From a virus (lineage: Duplodnaviria; Caudoviricetes): a stretch of 34,768 bases of DNA. The position numbers and the translations under genes were made by a program. Position 1 is the stretch's first letter. The number at the start of each line of letters is the position of its first letter. Under the pieces are notes generated by a model. That model ran no database searches. It was not told the DNA's origin and was given only the letters and a program-made list of their open reading frames with translations. This document shows, piece after piece, positions 34,330-34,768 of this stretch. The stretch covers positions 1 through 34,768 of IMG/VR virus record IMGVR_UViG_3300030372_001217; one strand, written 5' to 3'.

Positions 34330-34768
34330 GTTTTATAAGCCTATTGCTGAACACATTAATGAGTTAGAACCTCTGGCTATTGCAACAATACTACTAAAAA
34401 TAGTATTTGATAAAGTCTTTACGTTTGATCGTAATGCAGACCTTATCGTGCCAATGATGACAGCTATAGGAGGTGCATTAGAATCTGAGTGTAAGTTTCG
34501 TTGGTACAAACGTGAACATCCAAACATCATGAGTTATATAGAGCGTGTCTATTTTCATGAAGTTACAGGAACACAACAGAAACTAAAGATCACAAGTGAA
34601 AAGTTTGGTGAACGTGGTATACGTTGGTCAGCATGGTCAACCAAAACCAAGGTAGCACTAGGTAGATGGGGGTTAACAGCTGTTATGGAATCTACTGGTT
34701 GGTTTACAGTAGACAAACGTAAGTCAAGGCGTAAGAAGTATGAGTACCGTGTCGTTGCCACTGATGCG
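34112..34768 (+). CDS. T7-like single-subunit RNA polymerase, N-terminal part (truncated by the window)
   Basis: Translated by hand: MVTHSNLHRQFLLEQEAISCGRQRL...LEEKSYASASVYG...IGGALESE...WSTKTKVALG...STGWF; open to the window end; matches cyanopodovirus RNAP N-termini as recalled. Confidence 0.88.
   Translation, partial: MVTHSNLHRQFLLEQEAISCGRQRLHESLNKLEEKSYASASVYGVASIREALPYLMEHIEITFGKLKNGQAGKFYKPIAEHINELEPLAIATILLKIVFDKVFTFDRNADLIVPMMTAIGGALESECKFRWYKREHPNIMSYIERVYFHEVTGTQQKLKITSEKFGERGIRWSAWSTKTKVALGRWGLTAVMESTGWFTVDKRKSRRKKYEYRVVATDA

Noticed and set aside
1630-34761. All minus-strand ORFs in the track (e.g. 2099-2401, 16996-17391, 19483-19944, 29092-29391)
   Set aside because: Nearly all are antisense shadows of well-supported + strand genes, none shows a recognisable motif, and T7-like phages are co-oriented.
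1-34768. Repeated T7-style phage RNAP promoter consensus
   Set aside because: I could not find a convincing repeated ~20-bp motif by eye; motif discovery on intergenic regions would be needed.

Overview
This window is about 35 kb of a T7-like marine cyanopodovirus (Autographiviridae-type, probably infecting Prochlorococcus or Synechococcus), with every credible gene on the + strand. It runs from the end of the scaffold gene through a cluster of tiny basic proteins, hli, psbA and a glutamine-II riboswitch with its peptide. Next come capsid, tail tubes A/B, internal virion proteins gp13-gp16, two tail-fibre modules, a putative lysis region and terS/HNH/terL. It then crosses a non-coding probable genome-end junction (~29.0-30.2 kb) into the early genes and the 5' part of the phage RNA polymerase. 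Most notable in proteins: (i) the gp16-position protein carries ADP-ribosyltransferase-like and HExxH metallopeptidase-like domains, and gp15 ends in an M15 peptidase; (ii) a C5-methyltransferase has a second subunit nested in the +1 frame; (iii) D1 is encoded without its C-terminal extension; (iv) a tail protein has a cupredoxin-like copper site and an early protein has a CP12-like tail. Most notable in non-coding DNA: a ~430-nt densely paired candidate ncRNA behind host-type promoters, a LexA-type operator between convergent promoters, and the riboswitch. All calls come from motif recognition by eye; no searches or folding programs were run.
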